Of a stretch of 64,000 nucleotides of DNA, positions 9,407 through 17,828 are shown piece after piece (the first letter of the stretch is position 1; every line of letters begins with the position of its first letter). The stretch comes from Candidatus Planktophila sp. (GTDB taxonomy: Bacteria; Actinomycetota; Actinomycetes; Nanopelagicales; Nanopelagicaceae): positions 1,151 through 65,150 of the forward strand of contig JBIIUL010000001.1 of NCBI GenBank assembly GCA_044340015.1. The letters run 5' to 3'. The notes under the pieces were generated by a model. It made no database searches and was not told where the DNA came from. It saw only the letters and a program-made list of their open reading frames with translations. Made by a program: the position numbers and the translations under genes.

Positions 9407-9805
9407 ATGAGCAAACCAACAGTTCTCTTTGTCTGCGTACACAATGCAGGTCGTTCACAAATGGCGGCAGGCTTTATGCGCGAACTCGGGCAGGGGCGTG
9501 TAGAAGTACTCTCTGCCGGTTCTGCTCCTAAAGATTCGATTAACCCAGTTGCGGTTGCAGCGATGGCCGAAGTCGGAATCGATATTGCAAATAACACTCC
9601 AAAAGTGTTAACACCTGAAGCTGTACAAGAATCAGATGCGGTTATCACCATGGGCTGCGGCGATGTATGTCCGTTCTATCCTGGAAAGCGTTATGAGGAT
9701 TGGGTACTTGAAGATCCAGCAGGGCAGGGGATTGAGCCGGTTCGTGTAATTCGCGATGAGATCAAAGCCCGCGTTGAAAAATTGCTTGAAGAGTTACTTA
9801 GCTAG
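9407..9805 (+). CDS. arsC: Arsenate reductase (LMW-PTP fold)
   Basis: VCVHNAGRSQM (CX5R), MGCGDVCP, DPAG...IRDEI. Confidence 0.92.
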   Translation: MSKPTVLFVCVHNAGRSQMAAGFMRELGQGRVEVLSAGSAPKDSINPVAVAAMAEVGIDIANNTPKVLTPEAVQESDAVITMGCGDVCPFYPGKRYEDWVLEDPAGQGIEPVRVIRDEIKARVEKLLEELLS

Positions 9806-10290
9806 TCTCCGACAATCATTGGGGTGGCGCCTGTGCAAGTAATCAATTCGGCGTAACTAGTTGGGTAGACAGCATGTGGATGTCCAGATGCTGCCCAGAC
9901 AACCTCGTAGTCATTAAGCGCTTGATCAATGAGAATTTTCTCAGGTTGGCTAATCCAACCAAGTGGTGCAACTCCGCCGACTGAATAACCAGAAACTTCT
10001 TTTACATAATTGGCATCGGCGCGAGCAAGTTCGGTGATACCTAAATTCTTCGCAACTAATTCAGTATCAACGCGGTGGCGTCCACTGGTGATTATCAATA
10101 GGGGATTGCCAGATGGCAATTTAAAGATAAGCGAAGAGGCGATCTGTCCAACTTCAATTCCTAAGCCATTGGCGGCATCAACTGCGGTACGGGCGGTCTC
10201 AGCAAGAACAGTTACCTGGCCTTTAACGCCGAGGTCGCTTGCTGCTTGAATAAAGCGTTTTACCGCTGCCTTTTCGAGGATGCCTTCCAT
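9802..10290 (-). CDS. YbaK/EbsC-family aminoacyl-tRNA deacylase
   Basis: RTAVDAA, QIASSLIF, GYSVGGVAP, VWAASG. Confidence 0.85.
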   Translation of the reverse strand: MEGILEKAAVKRFIQAASDLGVKGQVTVLAETARTAVDAANGLGIEVGQIASSLIFKLPSGNPLLIITSGRHRVDTELVAKNLGITELARADANYVKEVSGYSVGGVAPLGWISQPEKILIDQALNDYEVVWAASGHPHAVYPTSYAELITCTGATPMIVGD

Positions 10291-10312
10291 GGTTGCAGGA
10301 TACCCTTGGCAA
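10291..10312. promoter_or_regulatory. Bidirectional leaderless promoter for ybaK and the MFS gene
   Basis: Plus strand: TACCCT (10301-10306), 6 nt, ATG 10313. Minus strand: TATCCT (10302-10297), 6 nt, ATG 10290. Confidence 0.7.
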
Positions 10313-11524
10313 ATGTCTATCGGAGCACTTGATCAAAACCATCGTGCGAAATTAGCGAGAAATTCCTTACGGGTCAGCTTTCTTTTACTTGGAATAGTTT
10401 CCATGGGTTGGGTGCCACGTATCCCTGAAATCAAAGATTTGATTGGGCTATCCAATGGCGAATTTGGTTTTGTTTTATTGGGCGCAACCTTCGGTTCGAT
10501 TACTGGAGCGCAGCTTGCCGGAAGGTTGATGCATACCTTCGGTTCCCAGAAGGTAGTTTTCGTCGGAGTATTAATCATGCCCGCAGGCTTGGCAGGTATG
10601 GGTCTGGCAACGAATGCACTGGCGCTGTTTTTAACTTTATTTACTATGGGGCTTGGTTATGCCTTGATAGATATGTGTTACAACTTTCAAGGAACCGTTA
10701 TAGAAAAGATTTTAGGTCGTCGTTACATGTCCTCATTCCACGCGATGTGGAGCGTTGGCGCATTTGCAACAACAGTGCTGGGTGGTGCCATAACCCGCCA
10801 TGTTTCACCGCGTACCAATCTCTTGGCTATCGCCATGGTTTCAGTCATCGCATATCTGATCGCTGCTTACTATCTGCTGCCACCGTCAATTGATGGACAT
10901 AAAGGCGAAGATGAACATGAAGCGAAAATTCCGCTATTTGGTAAATCTGTTATGCCACTTTGGTTCTTGGGCTTTGGACTGCTGGGAAGTTTAGTTGGTG
11001 AAGGCGCCGCTAGCGACTGGAGTGCAATTTTATTGCGCGATGAGATGGGCTACGGCAAAGGTGTTTATGCATCTGCTTTTGCATCCTTTGCTCTTGCAAT
11101 GATCGTTAGCCGTTTCTTAGGCGATCGCGCACTCGATTACTTTGGGCCAGCCCGTTTGGTAAAGCTAGGTGGATATATCGGCGGAAGTATTTGGGGGATT
11201 GCACTTGCGATCTCAATTCCAATGTCTGATTCATATCCAATTCCGGCACTGATAATTGTGAATATCGGCTTTATCGCCGCTGGTCTTGGAATTGGTCCGA
11301 TGTTTCCCGCATTTATCTTGGCGGCAAGCAAGACCCCGGGAATCGCACCAGCGGTTGCAATTTCTCGCGTTGGTGTAATCGGTATCGCTGGATTCTTCTT
11401 CGGGCCAACAATCACTGGCTTGATCGCCGAAAATACAAATCTTTCGATCGGCATGGCTTATCCAGTACTTATGTTGATTTTGGCTGGCTTCTTATCTAAG
11501 TCAATTAAGACTGGTAAGAATTAA
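10313..11524 (+). CDS. MFS transporter (YbjJ/fucose-permease-like)
   Basis: About 12 TM segments; WVPRIP, MSSFHAMWSVG, EGAASDWS, RFLGD. Start at ATG 10313. Confidence 0.85.
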   Translation: MSIGALDQNHRAKLARNSLRVSFLLLGIVSMGWVPRIPEIKDLIGLSNGEFGFVLLGATFGSITGAQLAGRLMHTFGSQKVVFVGVLIMPAGLAGMGLATNALALFLTLFTMGLGYALIDMCYNFQGTVIEKILGRRYMSSFHAMWSVGAFATTVLGGAITRHVSPRTNLLAIAMVSVIAYLIAAYYLLPPSIDGHKGEDEHEAKIPLFGKSVMPLWFLGFGLLGSLVGEGAASDWSAILLRDEMGYGKGVYASAFASFALAMIVSRFLGDRALDYFGPARLVKLGGYIGGSIWGIALAISIPMSDSYPIPALIIVNIGFIAAGLGIGPMFPAFILAASKTPGIAPAVAISRVGVIGIAGFFFGPTITGLIAENTNLSIGMAYPVLMLILAGFLSKSIKTGKN

Positions 11525-12258
11525 GCCCAAGTCTGCAGCAGTGTAAAAGCTGCAACCAGGACAAGCACTCCAGCAAAAGCCTTCTTCGTTGTGTCGTTAC
11601 TTTTTGATTGGCGATGCGATGCCAGCAGTGCGATTGTTGTTGCACTTAGCGCCATTACAACTGGAATCTTCCAATCGACTTCATCCCAGTGGGATTGGTG
11701 ACCGATGAAGGCGGTAATCGAGTTAAGGGCTATAACAGCAAGTGAAGTGCCGGATGCAACTCGCGCTGGCGTCCCGAAGGCGTGCATCAAGATTGGAATC
11801 ACAATAAAGCCTCCACCGATTCCAAAGAGTCCGGTTATGACGCCAATTCCTAGCGAAAGCGCTGCCAAGGATCCATTTGACATTCTGCGCTGTTCTTGTT
11901 CAGTAGATTTCTTTATCATCGAAAGTGCGGCGAAAAGTAAGGTGATACTAAAGCCAGTCGTGATTACCTGATCACTTAACCTGTGAGCCAGAATTGATGC
12001 AGCAAGGTTGGTAACAAGCCCGAGCGCCCAAATGACTACCGCTTCCCGATAGAGAATTTCTTTGGCGCGGGCTTTTGGAATAGCGCCAGCAATTGCAGCG
12101 CAGAGAACTATGGCGAGTGCGCCAGTTGTTGCAGGGATAGCGGTAAAGCCAAAGACATAGAGCAGGATCGGCACTGAAAGCATGGCGCCACCTGCGCCTA
12201 CAAAGCCAAGAACTGCGCCGATAACTCCGCCAGAAAGTATCGCTAGCAAGATCTCCAT
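11521..12258 (-). CDS. TauE/SafE sulfite exporter family membrane protein
   Basis: Duplicated GxGGxxxxVP motifs (GAGGAMLSVP, GIGGGFIVIP) and ASGTSL. Confidence 0.85.
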   Translation of the reverse strand: MEILLAILSGGVIGAVLGFVGAGGAMLSVPILLYVFGFTAIPATTGALAIVLCAAIAGAIPKARAKEILYREAVVIWALGLVTNLAASILAHRLSDQVITTGFSITLLFAALSMIKKSTEQEQRRMSNGSLAALSLGIGVITGLFGIGGGFIVIPILMHAFGTPARVASGTSLAVIALNSITAFIGHQSHWDEVDWKIPVVMALSATTIALLASHRQSKSNDTTKKAFAGVLVLVAAFTLLQTWA

Positions 12259-12292
12259 TTGGCAATACTCTCATCCAAATAGCCAATCCAAA

Positions 12293-12327
12293 GCGAAATG
12301 GCCCCCCAAATCGGGAGGCCATTTCGT
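12293..12327 (-). terminator. Intrinsic terminator downstream of doxX
   Basis: CGAAATGGCCCCCC-AAATC-GGGAGGCCATTTCG hairpin with a short T run on the minus strand. Confidence 0.7.
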
Positions 12328-12349
12328 GAACTTCTAGTTACTTGTTTAA

Positions 12350-12778
12350 TTACCGGTTAAAGAAAGAGAGATTTCCGATATGTGGACCGAAAGCATCTCC
12401 CGAAATTGCACCACTGTAGATAAGCGCGAAGATGATTAGTGAAGCGCCAGCAAGAGCGAGATCCTTGTTAAATGCGATCATTTCGTTCTGCTTTGCAGTT
12501 GCATCAGTCTCTTTCCAGTAGTTGTGGAAGATAACTGCTGCAAGCACCAGGGTGATAGCGAGCATTAGTGCGCCTAGGTCTACCCAGAAGCCGAGTGCTA
12601 TGTAGATTCCGCCGAGTAGGAAGAAAAGTCCACTTGCGATTACACCGAGCTTTGCAGCCGGCAACTTCTTGTACTTTGCATAGCCAGTCATCATCTCAAG
12701 CTTTGCAAAATGGCCAATTCCTGATGCGATGAAGATGAAGGCGAAAAGAATTCGGCCAATTACGAGTACTACGTCCAT
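12350..12778 (-). CDS. DoxX-family membrane protein
   Basis: GRILFAFIFIASG.HF, FHNYWK, FNKDLALAG. AAGGAG Shine-Dalgarno upstream. Confidence 0.88.
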   Translation of the reverse strand: MDVVLVIGRILFAFIFIASGIGHFAKLEMMTGYAKYKKLPAAKLGVIASGLFFLLGGIYIALGFWVDLGALMLAITLVLAAVIFHNYWKETDATAKQNEMIAFNKDLALAGASLIIFALIYSGAISGDAFGPHIGNLSFFNR

Positions 12779-12835
12779 GGTTCTCCTTATTTATTGAATT
12801 TATCTACTGACTAAACAGTGGTTCTGACTCGGGCA

Positions 12836-12867
12836 ATTGTAGGGGAGATAGTTGAACTTTCAACTAT
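12836..12867 (-). promoter_or_regulatory. doxX promoter with palindromic operator (MarR/RosR-like)
   Basis: Minus-strand TTGAAA, 16 nt, TACAAT. A perfect 9-bp inverted repeat ATAGTTGAA-CT-TTCAACTAT (12848-12867) covers the -35. Confidence 0.7.
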
Positions 12868-12891
12868 TTTAAGCGCGGCGACACACCTTTC

Positions 12892-12920
12892 TTGCCAATG
12901 TCAGAGCCTTGGGATAGTTT
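12892..12920 (+). promoter_or_regulatory. SigA-type promoter of the SOS cassette
   Basis: TTGCCA (12892-12897), 17 nt, TAGTTT (12915-12920). Confidence 0.7.
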
Positions 12921-12936
12921 TCGAACACATGTTCGA
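12921..12936. promoter_or_regulatory. LexA operator (actinobacterial SOS box)
   Basis: TCGAAC-ACAT-GTTCGA is an exact match to the TCGAAC-N4-GTTCGA consensus and lies over the predicted transcription start. Confidence 0.93.
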
Positions 12937-12978
12937 ATTATCCACAGATCCCAATAAGAAGAGGCTTAAGGTTAAAAA

Positions 12979-13260
12979 ATGTCAGTCCCAGAGATATCAC
13001 CAGCCCACGAAGTCATCTCCGATGGAGCAGCTACCCCCATCGAATTCACCTTTCGCGGCAAACGTTTTCGCATCCATGCAGTTCTATCGCGTTGGTGTGA
13101 AGCAGGTGGTTGGTGGAACCGGGTTAGCGATGGCATCTATCGCCCCGATGATGGTGCTCGCGCTTTATGGAGAGTTGAGGCTGCACCTATTGGATCGCTT
13201 AATACCTTCGAATTAGAACGCGATGAGATAACAGGTTCGTGGATCGTTAAACAGGTATGA
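12979..13260 (+). CDS. DUF6504-like small protein (stand-alone ImuB C-terminal-like domain)
   Basis: P..F.FRG...I..V..RW.E...WW...R..WRV.A....FEL......W pattern. First gene after the LexA box. Confidence 0.7.
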   Translation: MSVPEISPAHEVISDGAATPIEFTFRGKRFRIHAVLSRWCEAGGWWNRVSDGIYRPDDGARALWRVEAAPIGSLNTFELERDEITGSWIVKQV

Positions 13261-13267
13261 GTTAAGC

Positions 13268-16200
13268 ATGAGCTTTATCCATCTACGTACCTCAAGTGCC
13301 TTCTCACTTAAATACGGAACAACGCAGCCGCAAGATCTAGTGCAACGCGCTGCCGAATTTGAATCACCGGCGCTCGCACTTACCGATCGCGATGGCTTAT
13401 CTGGCTCGATTCGTTTTGCCCGCGCCTGTCTGCAATACGGAATCGCGCCGATTATCGGAGTTAATTTAGCCTTTGATCTTTCAAAAAATGATTTGTTAAA
13501 CGATCCGAACAGTAAAAATTCCAGTCAAAAAAATACAAGCGCGAAAGATCTGCCGCGCGTAACAGTCTTGGCACATGGCGATGGGGGATGGCGCGCACTT
13601 GTTCGCTTCATGACCGGGCTATCCATGAACGCTGTTGATCGCAAGCCAGTCATCACTCTTGAACTACTGCAACGCTTTAGCGAATACTCAACACAGCTAC
13701 ATTTGCTGCACGGCCCCGAATCACCTTTAAGCCAAGCGCTGGTCTTACACCGCAGCGATATCGCCTACGAGCTATTTAATAAGACCCGCCCCTTCTTTGG
13801 CGATCAAGCAATTGACTGTGTTTCACATCTAGTCGCCGGCAAAGGCCCGTTCTCAACAACGCATGCCGCGCGCTCTTTAATCTTTGCGCGCGATCACGAT
13901 ATCGATGCAGTTATCACCAATGCAGTGCGGATGCGTGATGCCGCAGACGGACCAGTTGCCGACATCCTCGATTGTGCGCGCCAATTGGTTCCGTTACATC
14001 AACGCCACCTCGAAAGACGTAACGCTGAAGGCTATTTAAAATCTAACGAACAAATGGTTTCACTCGCCGCCGAAATTGCCCGAGCTGCAGGAGAACGAAC
14101 ACCGCGCGCGCTTTTAAATACCACGCGACAATGGGCTGAACGCGCTCTGTTATCGCCGCAACGCGACCTTGGTTTAGGGGCGATCCATCTGCCTGAACCC
14201 CATGTAGTCGGGGCAGATTCAGCCAATCAGATGCGCACTTTGTTGCGCAGCCGCTGTGAATCCGGAATCAATTGGCGCTACAACGATTCAACTCTTATCG
14301 CTAAAGCGCGCACTCGTTTAGATGACGAACTCGCAACAGTTGCCACCCTTGGTTACGAGTCATATTTCTTAACTGTTGCCGATATCACCGATATGGCGCG
14401 CGAAAACAATATCCGCGTTGCTGCTCGTGGCAGTGGCGCGGGCTCTTTGATCTGTCACTTACTCGGCATCTCTGGCGTAGATCCAATGCGCCATGGGCTT
14501 TTGATGGAACGCTTCTGTTCACCGCTGCGGCGCGCGCTGCCCGATATAGATATTGATGTTGAATCCGCTCGACGTCTAGAAATTTATGACATGGTCTTTA
14601 AACGCTATGGCGACACTGATTGGCGAGCACCTGGCGCACTTTCGCGCTGCGCAACTGTTGCGATGGTTGAGACCTATCGCGCCCGAAATGCGATCCGCGA
14701 TACCGGCGCTGCACTTGGTATATCGCCGATGGAGATCGATCTAATCGCTAAATCTCTGCCTCATATCCGCGCCCGAAATATCGAAGCAACTCTTAAATCA
14801 CTTCCTGAACTTCGCTCACTTAATTTATCTGCGCCCCTTACCGCGATGGCGATCTCACTTGCCCAGCGCCTTGATGGCTTGCCGCGCCATTTAGCGATGC
14901 ACCCATGTGCCGTTGTTCTATCTGATGCGGGCTTGCTCGATCGCGCGCCAGTTCAATTTAACGCGGGTGGTTATCCGATGGTCGAATTCGATAAAGATGA
15001 CGTCGAAGAAATCGGTTTACTAAAACTCGACATCCTGGGCGTGCGGATGCAATCAACTATCGCCCATGCAGTGGCTGAGATAAAACGAGTTGATGAGGCC
15101 GAAATTGATATTGATGCTGTGCCACTAGATGACAAAGCAACTTACGAGTTAATCCAATCAACGCGCACCTTAGGTATCTTTCAAGTCGAAAGTCCGGGGC
15201 AGCGCGAGCTAGTCGGAAAGTTAACTCCAAAAACTTTTAACGATCTGGTTATCGATATCTCGCTCTTTCGCCCTGGCCCAGTAAAGAGCGACATGATCCG
15301 CCCCTTCTTAAGTGCGCGCCATGGCTTTACTTCAGCGCAGATAATCCATCCTGATCTATATGAGATCTTGGCTGAAACCGAAGGCGTGGTTGTGTTTCAC
15401 GAGCAAGTGATCTCAATTATCGCCACCATGACCGGCATATCTCTGGCTGCCGCCGACGAAAAACGGCGCGCTTTAGGCAGTAAAGAAGGCCAACAAGAAG
15501 TCTGCGATTGGTTCTTTCCTGCCGCAACCGCGCGCGGTTACGAGTTAACAACTATTACCGAGATCTGGGATGTCTTGCGCGCCTTTGCATCCTTTGGTTT
15601 CTGTAAAGCGCACGCTGCAGCTTTCGCACTTCCCACTTACCAATCTGCATATTTAAAGACCCATTACCCAGCAGCATTTATCGCCGGTGTTCTTACCCAT
15701 GACCCCGGCATGTACCCAAAGCGTTTAATGGTTGATGAAGCGCGTCAGTTAGGCGTTGGACTGGCACCGCTTGATATCAATTTTTCAAATGAAAACTACA
15801 CAGTTGAGAAAAGTAACGAAGGCGCTTACAGCGTTCGCATCGCACTTTCTACAGTTGGCGGCATTAGCGCGGGGGAGATCACTTCGATAATCGCAGGGCG
15901 CCCTTATATCGATTTAGCAGATTTCTATCGTAGATCAGGCGCCTCACATCCAATCATCGAAACCTTGATCATGACCGGCGCTTTCGATCGAGTGCATTCT
16001 CTTAGTGATGGCACCCTAAATCATCGCGATCTACTTCTGCATTTATCTGATCTAACTCGTTCACCGGCTTCGAATATCTCTGGTTCGCAGATGGTCTTTG
16101 GCTTTGCCCCACCTGCGCTAGCCACCAGTGGTTTACCTGCAATGGGCGCTTCTGAAAAAGTGCGTAACGAAGTCGAGCGCTTAGGAATGGATATCACCCA

Positions 16201-16576
16201 CCATATGCTCGAGTTCTATGCGCCATTTCTAAATGCAATCGGCGCAGTTAAATCATCAGATCTACTAACGCTGCGATCACAGAGTGATGTCTTGGTTGCA
16301 GGAGTAAAGGTGGCGATGCAGACCCCGCCAGTGCGCTCTGGGCGGCGCGTTATCTTCTTAACTCTCGATGATGGTTATGGCTGTACCGATTCAACATTCT
16401 TCTCTGATGCGCAAGAGGGTTTTGCTTCCACTCTCTACTCAACATCCTTATTGTTAGTCCGTGGCAAAACTAGACGCACCGGCGAACGCGGTATCTCGAT
16501 CAACGCTAGCGGTGCTTGGGACCTACGCCAGGCTTATGAAAAGTGGTCGCGCAAATTAATCGAGAGAGCGATATGA
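13268..16576 (+). CDS. dnaE2: Error-prone C-family DNA polymerase DnaE2
   Basis: RGSGAGS, PDIDID and KLDILG catalytic Asp residues, FGFCKAHA. Degenerate PHP motif (HLRTSS), second dnaE paralogue, SOS-boxed. Confidence 0.92.
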   Translation: MSFIHLRTSSAFSLKYGTTQPQDLVQRAAEFESPALALTDRDGLSGSIRFARACLQYGIAPIIGVNLAFDLSKNDLLNDPNSKNSSQKNTSAKDLPRVTVLAHGDGGWRALVRFMTGLSMNAVDRKPVITLELLQRFSEYSTQLHLLHGPESPLSQALVLHRSDIAYELFNKTRPFFGDQAIDCVSHLVAGKGPFSTTHAARSLIFARDHDIDAVITNAVRMRDAADGPVADILDCARQLVPLHQRHLERRNAEGYLKSNEQMVSLAAEIARAAGERTPRALLNTTRQWAERALLSPQRDLGLGAIHLPEPHVVGADSANQMRTLLRSRCESGINWRYNDSTLIAKARTRLDDELATVATLGYESYFLTVADITDMARENNIRVAARGSGAGSLICHLLGISGVDPMRHGLLMERFCSPLRRALPDIDIDVESARRLEIYDMVFKRYGDTDWRAPGALSRCATVAMVETYRARNAIRDTGAALGISPMEIDLIAKSLPHIRARNIEATLKSLPELRSLNLSAPLTAMAISLAQRLDGLPRHLAMHPCAVVLSDAGLLDRAPVQFNAGGYPMVEFDKDDVEEIGLLKLDILGVRMQSTIAHAVAEIKRVDEAEIDIDAVPLDDKATYELIQSTRTLGIFQVESPGQRELVGKLTPKTFNDLVIDISLFRPGPVKSDMIRPFLSARHGFTSAQIIHPDLYEILAETEGVVVFHEQVISIIATMTGISLAAADEKRRALGSKEGQQEVCDWFFPAATARGYELTTITEIWDVLRAFASFGFCKAHAAAFALPTYQSAYLKTHYPAAFIAGVLTHDPGMYPKRLMVDEARQLGVGLAPLDINFSNENYTVEKSNEGAYSVRIALSTVGGISAGEITSIIAGRPYIDLADFYRRSGASHPIIETLIMTGAFDRVHSLSDGTLNHRDLLLHLSDLTRSPASNISGSQMVFGFAPPALATSGLPAMGASEKVRNEVERLGMDITHHMLEFYAPFLNAIGAVKSSDLLTLRSQSDVLVAGVKVAMQTPPVRSGRRVIFLTLDDGYGCTDSTFFSDAQEGFASTLYSTSLLLVRGKTRRTGERGISINASGAWDLRQAYEKWSRKLIERAI

Positions 16577-17757
16577 GTGAGTCCACGATCCTGCATGTCG
16601 ATATGGATGCCTTCTACGCATCTGTAGCCGAACTCGATCACCCAGAACTTCGCGGCAAGGCAGTTGTTGTTGGCGCAGGTGCGCGTGGCGTTGTTCTATC
16701 TGCAAACTACGCCGCACGTAAATTCGGAATCCGCGCCGCAATGCCAGTGGGCCGGGCGCAACGTATGGCACCAAACGCAATCTTTATAGCGCCAGATCAC
16801 CATCGATACTCTGAAATCTCCGAACGCGTTATGAAGATCTTCGAATCATTTACCCCGCTAGTTGAACCGATCTCGCTAGATGAAGCTTTCTTAGATGTAA
16901 CAGGAGCGCGCAAATTACTGGGCACTGGCCGCGAGATTGCAACAGCTATTCGCGCCCGCGTTGAGCAAGAAGAAGGCATCACCTGTTCGGTTGGTATCGC
17001 ACCTTCAAAATTCATTGCCAAGCTGGCATCGCAACATTGCAAACCAAATGGCATGCTCGAAATAACAACTGATCGCATCTTAACTTTCCTACACCCGCTG
17101 CCAGTTGGCGCAATCTGGGGGGTCGGGCCAAAGACTGCTGAACAGTTAGAAAGACTTGGCCTTCATACAGTTGCAGATATCGCCAATACCCCGCGCAGCA
17201 CTTTGATTCGCGCACTCGGTGATGCAGCGGGTGCTTCTCTTTATGAACTTGCTTGGGGGCGCGACTATCGCGATGTCACACCTGAAGAACCAGATAAATC
17301 AATTTCAGCTGCTGAAACATTTTCCACCGATCTAGATAATCCAATTGAGATCTTGCAAGAGTTTCTACGTATGACCGAGAAAGCAACGGCGCGACTTCGT
17401 GAGAAAGGTTTATTTGCAAAGACAATTTCGATCAAGGTGCGCTTTGCAGATTTCTCAACGATCAATCGCTCAAAGACTCTGCCGCTTGCAATCGATAGCA
17501 CCCACGAGGTTTATGAAGTTGTTAAGGCGCTTTATCTGGCGTTAAAGATCGATCGCGCCCGGCTTCGTTTAGTTGGAGTTGCCTTAGAGAACTTGCAGGA
17601 AGATTCACCGGAACAGTTGGTCCTGGGTGCGCGCGAGAAGGGTTGGCGCGATGCTGAAGGGGCCATCGATCGTGCAAAGGCGCGCTTTGGGCGGGGCAGT
17701 GTGCGTCCGGGGCGCCTGATTAAGGCTGAATCTGATGAAGATGAAGAGACCGACTAG
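16573..17757 (+). CDS. dinB: Y-family DNA polymerase IV
   Basis: HVDMDAFYASV, SANYAARKFG and SLDEAFLD (catalytic residues intact). EQLVL clamp-like motif and C-terminal AIDRAKARFGRGSV. ATGA overlap with dnaE2. Confidence 0.93.
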   Translation: MSESTILHVDMDAFYASVAELDHPELRGKAVVVGAGARGVVLSANYAARKFGIRAAMPVGRAQRMAPNAIFIAPDHHRYSEISERVMKIFESFTPLVEPISLDEAFLDVTGARKLLGTGREIATAIRARVEQEEGITCSVGIAPSKFIAKLASQHCKPNGMLEITTDRILTFLHPLPVGAIWGVGPKTAEQLERLGLHTVADIANTPRSTLIRALGDAAGASLYELAWGRDYRDVTPEEPDKSISAAETFSTDLDNPIEILQEFLRMTEKATARLREKGLFAKTISIKVRFADFSTINRSKTLPLAIDSTHEVYEVVKALYLALKIDRARLRLVGVALENLQEDSPEQLVLGAREKGWRDAEGAIDRAKARFGRGSVRPGRLIKAESDEDEETD

Positions 17758-17828
17758 CACCCCTAGCTCTTCCGGACTAGTTGGTGAACCAACTAGCACC
17801 TAGATAAAAGTTGTTCTATTGTGTGTAT

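Noticed and set aside
12818-13216. 132-aa plus-strand ORF overlapping the SOS promoter
   Set aside because: It runs through the operator and promoter elements, overlaps the better-supported 12979-13260 ORF in another frame, and has no recognisable motif.
13470-13550. AT-rich Asn/Ser/Lys insertion in the dnaE2 PHP domain
   Set aside because: Short, in frame and in a variable loop, with no intein or mobile-element signature.
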